Source: Eledone cirrhosa (lineage: Eukaryota). From it: a DNA stretch of 64,000 nucleotides. Of this stretch, positions 1 to 15,200 are shown in pieces. Made by a program: the position numbers and the translations under genes. The stretch's first letter is position 1. Each line of letters opens with the position of its first letter. The stretch spans positions 210,862,001 to 210,926,000 of the forward strand of contig OZ024743.1 in assembly GCA_964016885.1 (NCBI GenBank), given 5' to 3'. Below the pieces are notes generated by a model that was not told where the DNA came from, searched no databases, and saw only the letters and a program-made list of their open reading frames with translations.

Positions 1-3000
1 AAGATATACCACAGTTTACCATCCTATGGCCACACATGAAAGCTCTTCACCCATAAGATATACCACAGTTTACCATCCTTTCGCAAGATGAAAGCACTTC
101 ACTCCATAAGATATACCACAGTTTACCATCCTATAGCCACCCATGAAAGCTCTTCACTCCATAAGAGATACCACATTTTACCATCCTATAGCCACACAAG
201 AAAGCTCTTCACTCCATAAGATATGCCACAGTTTACCATCCTATGGCCACACATGAAAGCGCTTCACGCCATAAGATATACCACAGTTTACCATCCTATG
301 GCCACACATGAAAGCGCTTCATGCCATAAGATATACCACAGTTTACCATACTATAGCTACACATGAAAGCTCTTCACTCCATAAGATATGCCACAGTTTA
401 CCCTCCTATAGCCACACATGAAAGCTCTTCACTCCATAAGATATACCACAGTTTACCATCCTATAGCCACACATGAAAGCTCTTCACTCCATAAGATATA
501 CCACAGTTCACCATCCTATAGCCACATGAAAGCTCTTCACTCCATAAGATATACCACAGTTTCCCATCCTATAGCCACACATGAAAGCTCTTCACTCCAT
601 AAGATATAACACAGTTTACCATCATATAGCCACAGATGAAAGCTCTTCACCACATAAGATATACCACAGTTTACCATCCTATTGCCAGATGAAGGCTCTT
701 CACTCCACAAGATATACCACAGTTTACCATCCTATAGCCACAGATGAAAGCTCTTCACTCCATAGGATATACCACAGTTTACCATCCTATAGCCACACAT
801 GAGAGCTCTTCACTCCATAAGATATACCACAGTTTACCATCCTATAGCCACACATGACAGCTCTTCACTCCATATGATATACGACAGTTTACCATCAAAT
901 GGCCACACATGAAAGCTCTTCACTCCATAAGATATACCACAGTTTACCATCCTATGGCCATACATGAAAGCTCTTCACTCCATAAGATATACCACAGTTT
1001 ACCATCCTATAGCCACACATGAAAGCTCTTTAACCCATAAGATATACCACAGTTTACCTTCCTATAGCCAGATGAAAGCTCTTCACTCCATAGGATATAC
1101 CACAGTTTACCAACCTATAGCCACAGATGAAAGCTCTTCACTCCATAAGATATTCCACAGTTTACCGTCCTATAACCACACATGAAAGCTCTTCACTCCA
1201 TAAGATGTACCACCTTTTACCATCCTATAGCCACAGATGAAAGCTGTTCACTCCATAAGATATACCACAGTTTACCATCCTATATCCAGATGAAAGCTCT
1301 TCACTCCATAAGTTATACCACAGTTTACCATCCTATAGCCACAGATGAAAGCTCTTCACTCCATAGGATATACCACAGTTTACCATCCTATGGCCACAGA
1401 TGAAAGCTCTTCACTCCATAAGATATACCACAGTTTAACATCCTATAGCCACAGATGAAAGCTCTTCACTCCATAAGTTATACCACAGTTTACCATCCTA
1501 TAGCCAGATAAAAGCTCTTCACTCCATAAGATATACCACAGTCTACCATCTTATAGCCACACATGAAGGCTCTGTAACCCATAAGATATACCACAGTTTA
1601 CCATCCTATAGCCACACATGAGAGCTCTTCACTCCATAAGATATACCACAGTTTACCATCCTATAGCCACAGATGAAAGCTCTTCACTCCATAAGATATA
1701 CCACAGTTTACCATCCTATAGCCACAGATGAAAGCTCTTCACTCCATAAGATATACCACAGTTTACCATCCTATAGCCAGATGAAAGCTTTTCACTCCAT
1801 AAGATATACCACAGTTTACCATCCTATAGCCACAGATGAAAGCTCATCACTCCATAAGATACACCCCAGATTACCATCCTATAGCCACATATGAAAGCTC
1901 TTCACTCCATAAGATATACTACAGTTTACCATCCTATAGCCACACATGAAAGCTCTTCACTCCATAAGATATACCACAGTTTACCATCCTGTAGCCACAC
2001 ATGAAAGCTCTTCACTCCATAAGATATACCACAGTTAACCATCCTATGGCCACAAATGAAAGCTCTTCACCCCATAAGATATACTACAGTTTACCTTCCT
2101 ATAGCCAGATGAAAGCTCTTCACTCCATAAGATATACCACAGTTTACCGTCCTATAGCCACACATGAAAGCTCTTCACTCCATAAGATGTACCACCTTTT
2201 ACCATCCTATAGCCACAGATGAAAGCTGTTCACTCCATAAGATATACCACAGTTTACCATCTATAGCCAGATGAAAGCTCTTCACTCCATAAGTTATACC
2301 ACAGTTTACCATCCTATAGCCACAGATGAAAGCTCTTCACTCCATAAGATATACCACAGTTTACCATCCTATGGCCACAGATGAAAGCTCTTCACTCCAT
2401 AAGATATACCACATTTTAACATCCTATAGCCACACATGAAAGCTCTTCACTCCATAAGATATACCACAGTTTACCATCCTATAGCCAGATGAAAGCTCTT
2501 CACTCCATAAGATATACCACAGTTTACCAACCTATAGCCACAGATGAAAGCTCTTCACTCCATGAGTTATACCACAGTTTACCATCCTATAGCCAGATGA
2601 AAGCTCTTCACTCCATAAGATATACCACAGTCTACAATCTTATAGCCACACATGAAGGCTCTGTAACCCATAAGATATACCACAGTTTACCATCCTATAG
2701 CCAGATGAAAGCTCTTCACTCCATAAGATATACCATAGTTTACCAACCTATAGCCACAGATGAAAGCTCTTCACTCCATAAGATATACCACAGTTTACCA
2801 TCCTATAGCCAGATGAAAGCTTTTCACTCCATAAGATATACCACAGTTTACCATCCTATAGCCACAGATGAAAGCTCATCACTCCATAAGATATACCCCA
2901 GATTACCATCCTATAGCCACATATGAAAGCTCTTCACTCCATAAGATATACCACAGTTTACCATCCTATAGCCACAGATGAAAGCTCTTCACTCCATAAG

Positions 3001-6000
3001 ATATACCACAGTTTACCATCCTATAGCCAGATGAAAGCTCTTCACTCCATAAGATATACCACAGTTTACCATCCTATAGCCACACATGAAACCTCTTCAC
3101 TCGATAAGATGTGCCACCTTTTACCATCCTATAGCCACAGATGAATGCTCTTCACTCCATAAGATATACCACAGTTTACCATCCTATAGCCACAGATGAA
3201 AGCTCTTCACTCCATAAGATATACCACAGTTTACCATCCTATAGCCACACATGAAAGCTCTTCACTCTATAAGATGTACCACCTTTTACCATCCTATAGC
3301 CACAGATGAAGGCTCTTCACACCATAAGATATACCACAGTTTACCATCCTATAGCCAGATGAAAGCTTTTCACTCCATAAGATATACCACAGTTTACCAT
3401 CCTATAGCCACAGATGAAAGCTCTTCACTCCATAAGATATAACACAGTTTAAAATCCTGTAGCCAGATGAAAGCTCTTCACCCCATAAGATATACCACAC
3501 TTTACCATCCTATAGCCAGATGAAAGCTCTTTACTCCATAAGATATACCACAGTTTACCATCCTATGGCCACACATGAAAGCTCTTCACCCATAAGATAT
3601 ACCACAGTTTACCATCCTAGAGCCAGATGAAAGCTCTTCACTCCATAAGATATACCACAGTTTACCATCCTATAGCCACACATGAAAGCTCTTCACTCCA
3701 TAAGATATACCACAGTTTACCATCCTATAGCCACACATGAAATCTCTTCACTACATAAGATATACCACAGTTTACCATCCTGTAGCCAGATGAAAGCTCT
3801 TCACTCCATAAGATATACCACAGTTTACCATCCTATAGCCACACATGAAAGCTCTTCGTCCCATAAGATATACAACAGTTTACCATCCTATAGCCACTCA
3901 TGAAATCTCTTCACTACATAAGATATACCACAGTTTACCATCCTGTAGACAGATGAAAGCTCTTCACTCCATAAGATATACCACAGTTTACCATCCTATA
4001 GCCACAGATGAAACTCTTCACTCCATAATTTATACCGCAGTTTACCATCCTATAGCCAGATGAAAGCTCTTCACTCCATAAGATATACGACAGTTTACCA
4101 TCCTATAGCCAGATGAAAGCTCTTCACTCCATAAGATATACCACAGATTACCACCCTATAGCCACACATGAAAGCTCTTCACTCCATAAGATATACCACA
4201 GTCTACTATCCTATTGCCACACATGAAAGCTCTTCACTCCATAAGATATACCACAGTTTACCATCCTATAGCCAGATGAAAGCTCTTCACTCCATAAGAT
4301 ATACCACAGTTTACCATCCTATAGCCACAGATGAAAGCTCTTCACTCCATAAGATATACCACAGTTCACCACCCTATAGCCAGATGAAAGCTCTTCACTC
4401 CATAAGATATACCACAGTTTACCATCCTATAGCCAGATGAAAGCTCTTCACTCCATAAGATATACCACAGTTTACCATCCTATACCCAGATGAAAGCTCT
4501 TCACTCCATCAGATATACCACAGTTTACCATCCTATGGCCACACATGAAAGCTCTTCACCCCATAAGATATACCACAGTTTACCATCCTATGGCCACACA
4601 TGAAAGCTCTTCACTCCATAAGATATATCACAGTTTACCATCCTATAGCCACACATGAAAGCTCTTCACTCCATAAGATATACCACAGTTTATCATCCTA
4701 TAGCCACACATGAAAGCTCTTCACTCCATAAGATATACCACAGTTTACCATCCTGTAGCCAGATGAAAGCTCTTCACTCCATAAGATATACCACAGTTTA
4801 CCATCCTATAGCCACAGATGAAAGCTCTTCACTCCATAAGATATACCACAGATTACCATCCTATAGCCACAGATGAAAGCTCTTCACTCCATAAGATATA
4901 CCACAGTTTACCATCCTATAGCCACAGATGAAAGCTCTTCACTCCATAAGATATACCACAGTTTACCATCCTATAGCCACAGATGAAAGCTCTTCACTCC
5001 ATAAGATATACCACAGATTACCATCCTATAGCCACACATGAAAGCTCCTCACTCCATGAGATATACCTCAGTTTACCAACCTATAGCCACAGATGAAAGC
5101 TCTTCACTCCATAAGATATACCAGTTTACCATCCTATAGCCACAGATGAAAGCTCTTCACTCCATCAGATATACCACAGTTTACCATCATATAGCCACAG
5201 ATGAAAGCTCTTCACTCCATAAGATATACCACAGTTTCCCATCCTATAGCCACACATGAAAGCTCTTCACTCCATAAGATATACCACAGTTTACCATCCT
5301 ATAGCCACAGATTAAAGCTCTTCACTCCATAAGATATACCACAGTTTACCATCCTATGGCCACACATGAAAGCTCTTCACTCCATAAGATATACCACAGT
5401 TTACCATCCTATAGTCACAGAAGAAAGCTCTTCACTCCATAAGATATACCACAGTTTACCATCCTATGGCCACACATGAAAGCTCTTCACCCATAAGATA
5501 TACCACAGTTTACCATCCTTTCGCAAGATCAAAGCACTTCACTCCATAAGATATACCACAGTTTACCATCCTATAGCCACCCATGAAAGCTCTTCACTCC
5601 ATAAGAGATACCACATTTTACCATCCTATAGCCACACAAGAAAGCTCTTCACTCCATAAGATATGCCACAGTTTACCATCCTATGGCCACACATGAAAGC
5701 GCTTCACGCCATAAGATATACCACAGTTTACCATCCTATGGCCACACATGAAAGCGCTTCACGCCATAAGATATACCACAGTTTACCATCCTATAGTCAC
5801 ACATGAAAGCTCTTCACTCCATAAGATATACCACAGTTTACCATCCTATAGCCACACATGAAAGCTCTTCACTCCATAAGATATGCCACAGTTTACCATC
5901 CTATAGCCACACATGAAAGCTCTTCACTCCATAAGATATGCCACAGTTTACCATCCTATAGCCAGATGAAAGCTCTTCACTCCATAAGATATACGACAGT

Positions 6001-7080
6001 TTACCATCCTATAGCCACACATGAAAGCTCTTCACTCCATAAGATATACCACAGTTTACCATCCTATAGCCACACATGAAAGCTCTTCACTCCATAAGAT
6101 ATACCACAGTTCACCATCCTATAGCCACATGAAAGCTCTTCACTCCATAAGATATACCACAGTTTCCCATCCTATAGCCACACATGAAAGCTCTTCACTC
6201 CATAAGATATAACACAGTTTACCATCATATAGCCACAGATGAAAGCTCTTCACCCCATAAGATATACCACAGTTTACCATCCTATTGCCAGATGAAGGCT
6301 CTTCACTCCACAAGATATACCACAGTTTACCATCCTATAGCCACAGATGAAAGCTCTTCACTCCATAGGATATACCACAGTTTACCATCCTATAGCCACA
6401 CATGAGAGCTCTTCACTCCATAAGATATACCACAGTTTACCATCCTATAGCCACACATGACAGCTCTTCACTCCATATGATATACCACAGTTTACCATCA
6501 AATGGCCACACATGAAAGCTCTTCACTCCATAAGATATACCACAGTTTACCATCCTATGGCCATACATGAAAGCTCTTCACTCCATAAGATATACCACAG
6601 TTTACCATCCTATAGCCACACATGAAAGCTCTTTAACCCATAAGATATACCACAGTTTACCTTCCTATAGCCAGATGAAAGCTCTTCACTCCATAGGATA
6701 TACCACAGTTTACCAACCTATAGCCACAGATGAAAGCTCTTCACTCCATAAGATATTCCACAGTTTACCGTCCTATAGCCACACATGAAAGCTCTTCACT
6801 CCATAAGATGTACAACCTTTTACCATCCTATAGCCACAGATGAAAGCTCTTCACTCCATAAGATATACCACAGTTTACCATCCTATATCCAGATGAAAGC
6901 TCTTCACTCCATAAGTTATACCACAGTTTACCATCCTATAGCCACAGATGAAAGCTCTTCACTCCATAGGATATACCACAGTTTACCATCCTATGGCGAC
7001 AGATGAAAGCTCTTCACTCCATAAGATATACCACAGTTTAACATCCTATAGCCACAGATGAAAGCTCTTCACTCCATAAG
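1..7080 (+). repeat. Higher-order duplication, period about 5.4-5.6 kb (about 1-1480 vs about 5440-7080)
   Basis: Rare marker TTTCGCAAGAT..AAAGCACTTC at about 80 and about 5520 (offset 5440). ACCATCAAATGGCC at about 891 and about 6494. ORF-track pairs 418/6021, 581/6184, 964/6567 and 1182/6785 all have offset 5603. Confidence 0.9.
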
Positions 7081-8960
7081 ATATACCACAGTTTACCATC
7101 CTATAGCCAGATGAAAGCTCTTCACTACATAAGATATACCACAGTTTACCAACCTATAGCCACAGATGAAATCTCTTCACTCCATAAGATATACCACAGT
7201 TTACCATCCTATAGCCACACATGAAAGCTCTTCACTCCATAAGATATACCACAGTTTACCATCCTATAGCCACACATGAAAGCTCTTCACTCCATAAGTT
7301 ATACCACAGTTTACCATCCTATAGCCAGATAAAAGCTCTTCACTCCATAAGATATACCACAGTCTACCATCTTATAGCCACACATGAAGGCTCTGTAACC
7401 CATAAGATATACCACAGTTTACCATCCTATATCCAGATGAAAGCTCTTCACTCCATAAGTTATACCACAGTTTACCATCCTATAGCCACAGATGAAAGCT
7501 CTTCACTCCATAAGATATACCACAGTTTACCATCCTATGGCCACAGATGAAAGCTCTTCACTCCATAAGATATACCACAGTTTAACATCCTATAGCCACA
7601 CATGAGAGCTCTTCACTCCATAAGATATACCACAGTTTACCATCCTATAGCCACAGATGAAAGCTCTTCACTCCATAAGATATACCACAGTTTACCATCC
7701 TATAGCCACAGATGAAAGCTCTTCACTCCATAAGATATACCACAGTTTACCATCCTATAGCCAGATGAAAGCTTTTCACTCCATAAGATATACCACAGTT
7801 TACCATCCTATAGCCACATATGAAAGCTCTTCACTCCATAAGATATACCACAGTTTACCATCCTATAGCCACACATGAAACTCTTCACTCCATAAGATAT
7901 ACCACAGTTTACCATCCTATAGCCACACATGAAAGCTCTTCACTCCATAAGATATACCACAGTTTACCATCCTATAGCCACACATGAAAGCTCTTCACTC
8001 CATAAGATATACCACAGTTAACCATCCTATGGCCAAAAATGAAAGCTCTTCACCCCATAAGATATACTACAGTTTACCTTCCTATAGCCAGATGAAAGCT
8101 CTTCACTCCATAAGATATATAACAGTTTACCGTCCTATAGCCACACATGAAAGCTCTTCACTCCATAAGATGTACCACCTTTTACCATCCTATAGCCACA
8201 GATGAAAGCTGTTCACTCCATAAGATATACCACAGTTTACCATCTATAGCCAGATGAAAGCTCTTCACTCCATAAGTTATACCACAGTTTACCATCCTAT
8301 AGCCACAGATGAAAGCTCTTCACTCCATAAGATATACCACAGTTTACCATCCTATGGCCACAGATGAAAGCTCTTCACTCCATAAGATATACCACATTTT
8401 AACATCCTATAGCCACACATGAAAGCTCTTCACTCCATAAGATATACCACAGTTTACCATCCTATAGCCAGATGAAAGCTCTTCACTCCATAAGATATAA
8501 CACAGTTTACCAACCTATAGCCACAGATGAAAGCTCTTCACTCCATGAGTTATACCACAGTTTACCATCCTATAGCCAGATGAAAGCTCTTCACTCCATA
8601 AGATATACCACAGTCTACAATCTTATAGCCACACATGAAGGCTCTGTAACCCATAAGATATACCACAGTTTACCATCCTATAGCCAGATGAAAGCTCTTC
8701 ACTCCATAAGATATACCACAGTTTACCAACCTATAGCCACAGATGAAAGCTCTTCACTCCATAAGATATACCACAGTTTACCATCCTATAGCCAGATGAA
8801 AGCTTTTCACTCCATAAGATATACCACAGTTTACCATCCTATAGCCACAGATGAAAGCTCATCACTCCATAAGATATACCCCAGATTACCATCCTATAGC
8901 CACATATGAAAGCTCTTCACTCCATAAGATATACCACAGTTTACCATCCTATAGCCACAC
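1490..8960 (+). repeat. Higher-order duplication, offset about 5.8-6.0 kb (about 1490-2980 vs about 7310-8960)
   Basis: ORF pairs 2001/7984 and 2489/8472 have offset 5983. A 1-bp deletion (ACCATCTATAGCC) is shared at about 2258 and about 8241, and GCTCATCAC at about 2875 and about 8858. Confidence 0.85.
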
Positions 8961-11900
8961 ATGAAAGCTCTTCACTCCATAAGATATACCACAGTTTACC
9001 ATCCTGTAGCCACACATGAAAGCTCTTCACTCCATAAGATATACCACAGTTAACCATCCTATGGCCACACATGAAAGCTCTTCACCCCATAAGATATACT
9101 ACAGTTTACCTTCCTATAGCCAGATGAAAGCTCTTCACTCCATAAGATATACCACAGTTTACCGTCCTATAGCCACACATGAAAGCTCTTCACTCCATAA
9201 GATGTACCACCTTTTACCATCCTATAGCCACAGATGAAAGCTGTTCACTCCATAAGATATACCACAGTTTAGCATCCTATAGCCAGATGAAAGCTCTTCA
9301 CTCCATAAGTTATACCACAGTTTACCATCCTATAGCCACAGATGAAAGCTCTTCACTCCATAAGATATACCACAGTTTACCATCCTATGGCCACAGATGA
9401 AAGCTCTTCACTCCATAAGATATACCACAGTTTACCATCCTGTAGTAAGATGAAAGCTCTTCACTCCATAAGATATACCACAGTTTACCATCCTATAGCC
9501 ACAGATGAAAGCTCTTCACTCCATAAGATATACCACAGTTTACCATCCTATACCCAGATGAAAGCTCTTCACTCCATAAGATATACCACAGTTTACCATC
9601 CTATAGCCACACATGAAAGCTCTTCATCCCATAAGATGTACCACCTTTTACCATCCTATAGACACAGATGAAAGCTGTTCACTCCATAAGATATACCACA
9701 GTTTACCATCCTATAGACAGATGAAAGCTATTCACTCCATAAGTTATAACACAGTTTACCATCCTATAGTCACAGATGAAAGCTCTTCACTCCATAAGAT
9801 ATACCACAGTTTACCATCCTATGGCCACAGATGAAAGCTCTTCACTCCATAAGATATACCACAGTTCACCATCCTATAGCCACACATGAAAGCTCTTCAC
9901 TCCATAAGATATACCACAGTTTAACATCCTATAGCCACACCTGAAAGCTCTTCACTCCATAAGATATACCACAGTTTACCATCCTGTAGTAAGATGAAAG
10001 CTCTTCACTCCATAAGATATACCACAGTTTACCATCCTATAGCCACAGATGAAAGCTCTTCACTCCATAAGATATACCACAGTTTACCATCCTATAGCCA
10101 GATGAAAGCTCTTCACTCCATGAGATATACCACAGTCTACCATCCTATAGCCACACATGAAAGCTCTGTAACCCATAAGATATACCACAGTTTACCATCC
10201 TATAGCCAGATGAAAGCACTTCACTCCCTAAGATATACCACAGTTTACCTTCCTATAGCCACACATGAGAGCTCTTCACTCCATCAGATATACCACAGTT
10301 TACCATCCTATAGCCAGATGAAAGCTCTTCACTCCATAAGATATACCACAGTTTACCATCCTATAGCCACACATGAAAGCTCTTCACTCTATAAGATGTG
10401 CCACCTTTTACCATCCTATAGCCACAGATGAAAGCTCTTCACTCCATAAGATATACCACAGTTTACCATCCTATAGCCACAGATGAAAGCTCTTCACTCC
10501 ATAAGATATACCACAGTTTACCATCCTATAGCCACACATGAAAGCTCTTCACTCTATAAGATGTACCACCTTTTACCATCCTATAGCCACAGATGAAGGC
10601 TCTTCACACCATAAGATATACCACAGTTTACCATCCTATAGCCAGATGAAAGCTTTTCACTCCATAAGATATACCACAGTTTACCATCCTATAGCCATAG
10701 ATGAAAGCTCTTCACTCCATAAGATATAACACAGTTTACCATCCTATAGCCACAGATGAAAGCTCTTCACTCCATAAGATATACCACAGTCTACAATCTT
10801 ATAGCCACACATGAAGGCTCTGTAACCCATAAGATATACCACAGTTTACCTTCCTATAGCCACACATGAGAGCTCTTCACTCCATCAGATATACCACAGT
10901 TTACCATCCTATAGCCAGATGAAAGCTCTTCACTCCATAAGATATACCACAGTTTACCATCCTATAGCCACACATGAAAGCTCTTCACTCTATAAGATGT
11001 ACCACCTTTTACCATCCTATAGCCACAGATGAAGGCTCTTCACTCCATTAGATATACCACAGTTTACCATCCTATAGCCAGATGAAAGCTTTTCACTCCA
11101 TAAGATATACCACAGTTTACCATCCTATAGCCACAGATGAAAGCTCTTCACTCCATAAGATATACCACAGTTTACCATCCTATAGCCACACATGAAAGCT
11201 CTTCACTCCATAAGATATATCACAGTTTACCATCCTATAGCCACACATCAGAGCTCTTCACTCCATAAGATATACCAGTTGACCATCCTGTAACCACACA
11301 TGAAAGCTCTTCACTCCATAAGATATACCACAGTTTACCATCCTATGGCCACACATGAAAGCTCTTCACACCATAAGATATACCACAGTTTACCATCCTA
11401 TGGCCACACATTAAAGCTCTTCACTCCATAAGATATTCCACAGTTTACCATCCTATGGCCACACATGAAAGCTCTTCACTCCATAAGATATACCAAACTT
11501 TACCATCCTATAGCCACAGATGAACGCTCTTCACTCCATAAGATATACCACAGTTTACCATCATATAGCCACACATGAAAGCTCTTCACTCCATAAGATA
11601 TACCACAGTTTACCATCCTATACCCAGATGAAAGCTCTTCACTCCATAAGATATACCACAGTTTACCATCCTATAGCCACACATGAAAGCTCTTCACTCC
11701 ATAAGATGTACCACCTTTTACCATCCTATAGCCACAGACGAAAGCTGTTCACTCTATAAGATATACCACAGTTTACCATCCTATAGCCAGATGAAAGCTA
11801 TTCACTCCATAAGTTATACCACAGTTTACCATCCTATAGCCACAGATGAAAGCTCTTCACTCCATAAGATATACCACAGTTTACCATCCTATGGCCACAG

Positions 11901-12284
11901 ATGAAAGCTCTTCACTCCATAAGATATACCACAGTTCACCATCCTATAGCCACACATGAAAGCTCTTCACTCCATAAGATATACCACAGTTTACCATCCT
12001 ATAGCCACAGATGAAAGCTCTTCACTCCATGAGATATACCACAGTTTACCATCCTATGGCCACAGATGAAAGCTCTTCACTCCATAAGATATACCACAGT
12101 TCACCATCTTATAGCAACACATGAGAGCTCTTCACTCTATCAGATATACCACAGTTTACCATCCTATAGCCAGATGAAAGCTCTTCACTCCATAATATAT
12201 ACCACAGTTTACCATCCTATAGCCACACATGAAAGCTCTTCACTCTATAAGATGTGCCACCTTTTACCATCCTATAGCCACAGA

Positions 12285-15200
12285 TGAAAGCTCTTCACTC
12301 CATGAGATATACCACAGTTTACCATCCTATGGCCACAGATGAAAGCTCTTCACCCCATAAGATATAACACAGTTTACCATCCTATAGCCACAGATGAAAG
12401 CTCTTCACTCCATAAGATATACCACAGTTACCACCCTGTAGCCAGATGAAAGCTCTTCACTCCATAAGATATACCACAGTTTACCATCCTATAGCCACAC
12501 ATGAAAGCTCTTCACTCCATAAGATATACCACAGTTTACCATCCTATAGCCACACATCAGAGCTCTTCACTCCATAAGATATACCAGTTTACCATCCTGT
12601 AGCCACACATGAAAGCTCTTCACTCCATAAGATATACCACAGTTTACCATCCTATGGCCACACATGAAAGCTCTTGACCCCATAAGATATACCACAGTTT
12701 ACCATCCTATGGCCACACATTAAAGCTCTTCACTCCATAAGATATTCCACAGTTTACCATCCTATGGCCACACATGAAAGCTCTTCACTCCATAAGATAT
12801 ACCACAGTTTACCATCCTATACCCAGATGAAAGCTCTTCACTCCATAAGATATACCACAGTTTACCATCCTATAGCCACGCATGAAAGCTCTTCACTCCA
12901 TAAGATGTACCACCTTTTACCATTCTATAGCCACAGATGAAAGCTGTTCACTCCATAAGATATACCACAGTTTACCATCCTATAGACAGATGAAAGCTAT
13001 TCACTCCATAAGTTATAACACAGTTTACCATCCTATAGCTACAGATGAAAGCTCTTCACTCCCTAAGATATACCACAGTTTACCATCCTATGGCCACAGA
13101 TGAAAGCTCTTCACTCCATAAGATATACCACAGTTCACCATCCTATAGCCACACATGAAAGCTCTTCACTCCATAAGATATACCACAGTTTACCATCCTA
13201 TAGCCACACATGAAAGCTCTTCACTCCATAAGATATACCCCAGATTACCATCCTATAGCCACATATGAAAGCTCTTCACTCCATAAGATATACCACAGTT
13301 TACCATCCTATAGCCACACATGAAAGCTCTTCACTCTATAAGATGTACCACCTTTTACCATCCTATAGCCACAGATGAAGGCTCTTCACTCCATAAGATA
13401 TACCACAGTTTACCATCCTATAGCCAGATGAAAGCTTTTCACTCCATAAGATATACCACAGTTTACCATCCTATAGCCACACATGAAAGCTCTTCACTCC
13501 ATAAGATATACCACAGTTACCACCCTGTAGCCAGATGAAAGCTCTTCACTCCATAAGATATACCACAGTTTACCATCCTATAGCCACACATGAAAGCTCT
13601 TCACTCCATAAGATATACCACAGTTTACCATCCTATAGCCACACATCAGAGCTCTTCACTCCATAACATATACCAGTTGACCATCCTGTAACCACACATG
13701 AAATCTCTTCACTCCATAAGATATACCACATTTTCCATCCTATAGCCACACATCAGAGCTCTTCACTCCATAAGATATACCAGTTTACCATCCTGTAGCC
13801 ACACATGAAAGCTCTTCACTCCATAAGATATTCCACAGTTTACCATCCTATGGCCACACATGAAAGCTCTTCACTCCATAAGATATACCAAAGTTTACCA
13901 TCCTATAGCCACAGATGAACGCTCTTCACTCCATAAGACATACCACAGTTTACCATCCTATAGCCACACATGAAAGCTCTTCACTCCATAAGATATACCA
14001 CAGTTCACCATCCTATAGCCACACATGAAAGCTCTTCACTCCATAAGATATACCCCAGATTACCATCCTATAGCCACATATGAAAGCTCTTCACTCCATA
14101 AGATATACCACAGTTTACTATCCTATAGCCACACATGAAAGCTCTTCACTCCATAAGATATACCACAGTTTAACATCCTATAGCCACACATGAAAGCTCT
14201 TCACTCCATAAGATATACCACAGTTTAACATCCTATAGCCACACATGAAAGCTCTTCACTCCATAAGATATACCACAGTTTACCATCCTATAGCCACAGA
14301 TGAAAGCTCTTCACTCCATAAGATATACCACAGTTTACCATCCTATATCCAGATGAAAGCTCTTCACTCCATGAGATATACCACAGTCTACCATCCTATA
14401 GCCACACATGAAAGCTCTGTAACCCATAAGATATACCACAGTTTACCATCCTGTAGCCAGATGAAAGCTCTTCACTCTATAAGATATACCACAGTTTACC
14501 ATCCTATAGCCACACATGAAAGCTCTTCACTCCATAAGATATACCACAGTTTACCAACCTATAGCCACAGATGAAAGCTCTTCACTCCATAAGATATACC
14601 ACAGTTTACCATCCTATAGCCAGATGAAAGCTCTTCACTCCATGAGATATACCACAGTCTACCATCCTATAGCCACACATGAAATCTCTGTAACCCATAA
14701 GATATACCACAGTTTACCATCCTATAGCCAGATGAAAGCTCTTCACTCCATAAGTTATACCACAGTTTACCATCCTGTAGCCACAGATGAAAGCTCTTCA
14801 CTCCATAAGATATACCACAGTTTACCATCCTATGGCCACAGATGAAAGCTCTTTACTCCATAAGATATACCACAGTTTAACATCATATAGCCACACATGA
14901 AAGCTCTTCACTCCATAAGATATACCACAGTTTACCATCCTATAACCAGATGAAAGCTCTTCACTCCATAAGATATACCACAGTTTACCAACCTATAGCC
15001 ACAGATGAAAGCTCTTCACTCCATGAGTTATACCACAGTTTACCATCCTATAGCCAGATGAAAGCTCTTCACTCCATAAGATATACCACAGTCTACAATC
15101 TTATAGCCACACATGAAGGCTCTGTAACCCATAAGATATACCACAGTTTACCATCCTATAGTCAGATGAAAGCTCTTCACTCCCTAAGATATACCACAGT

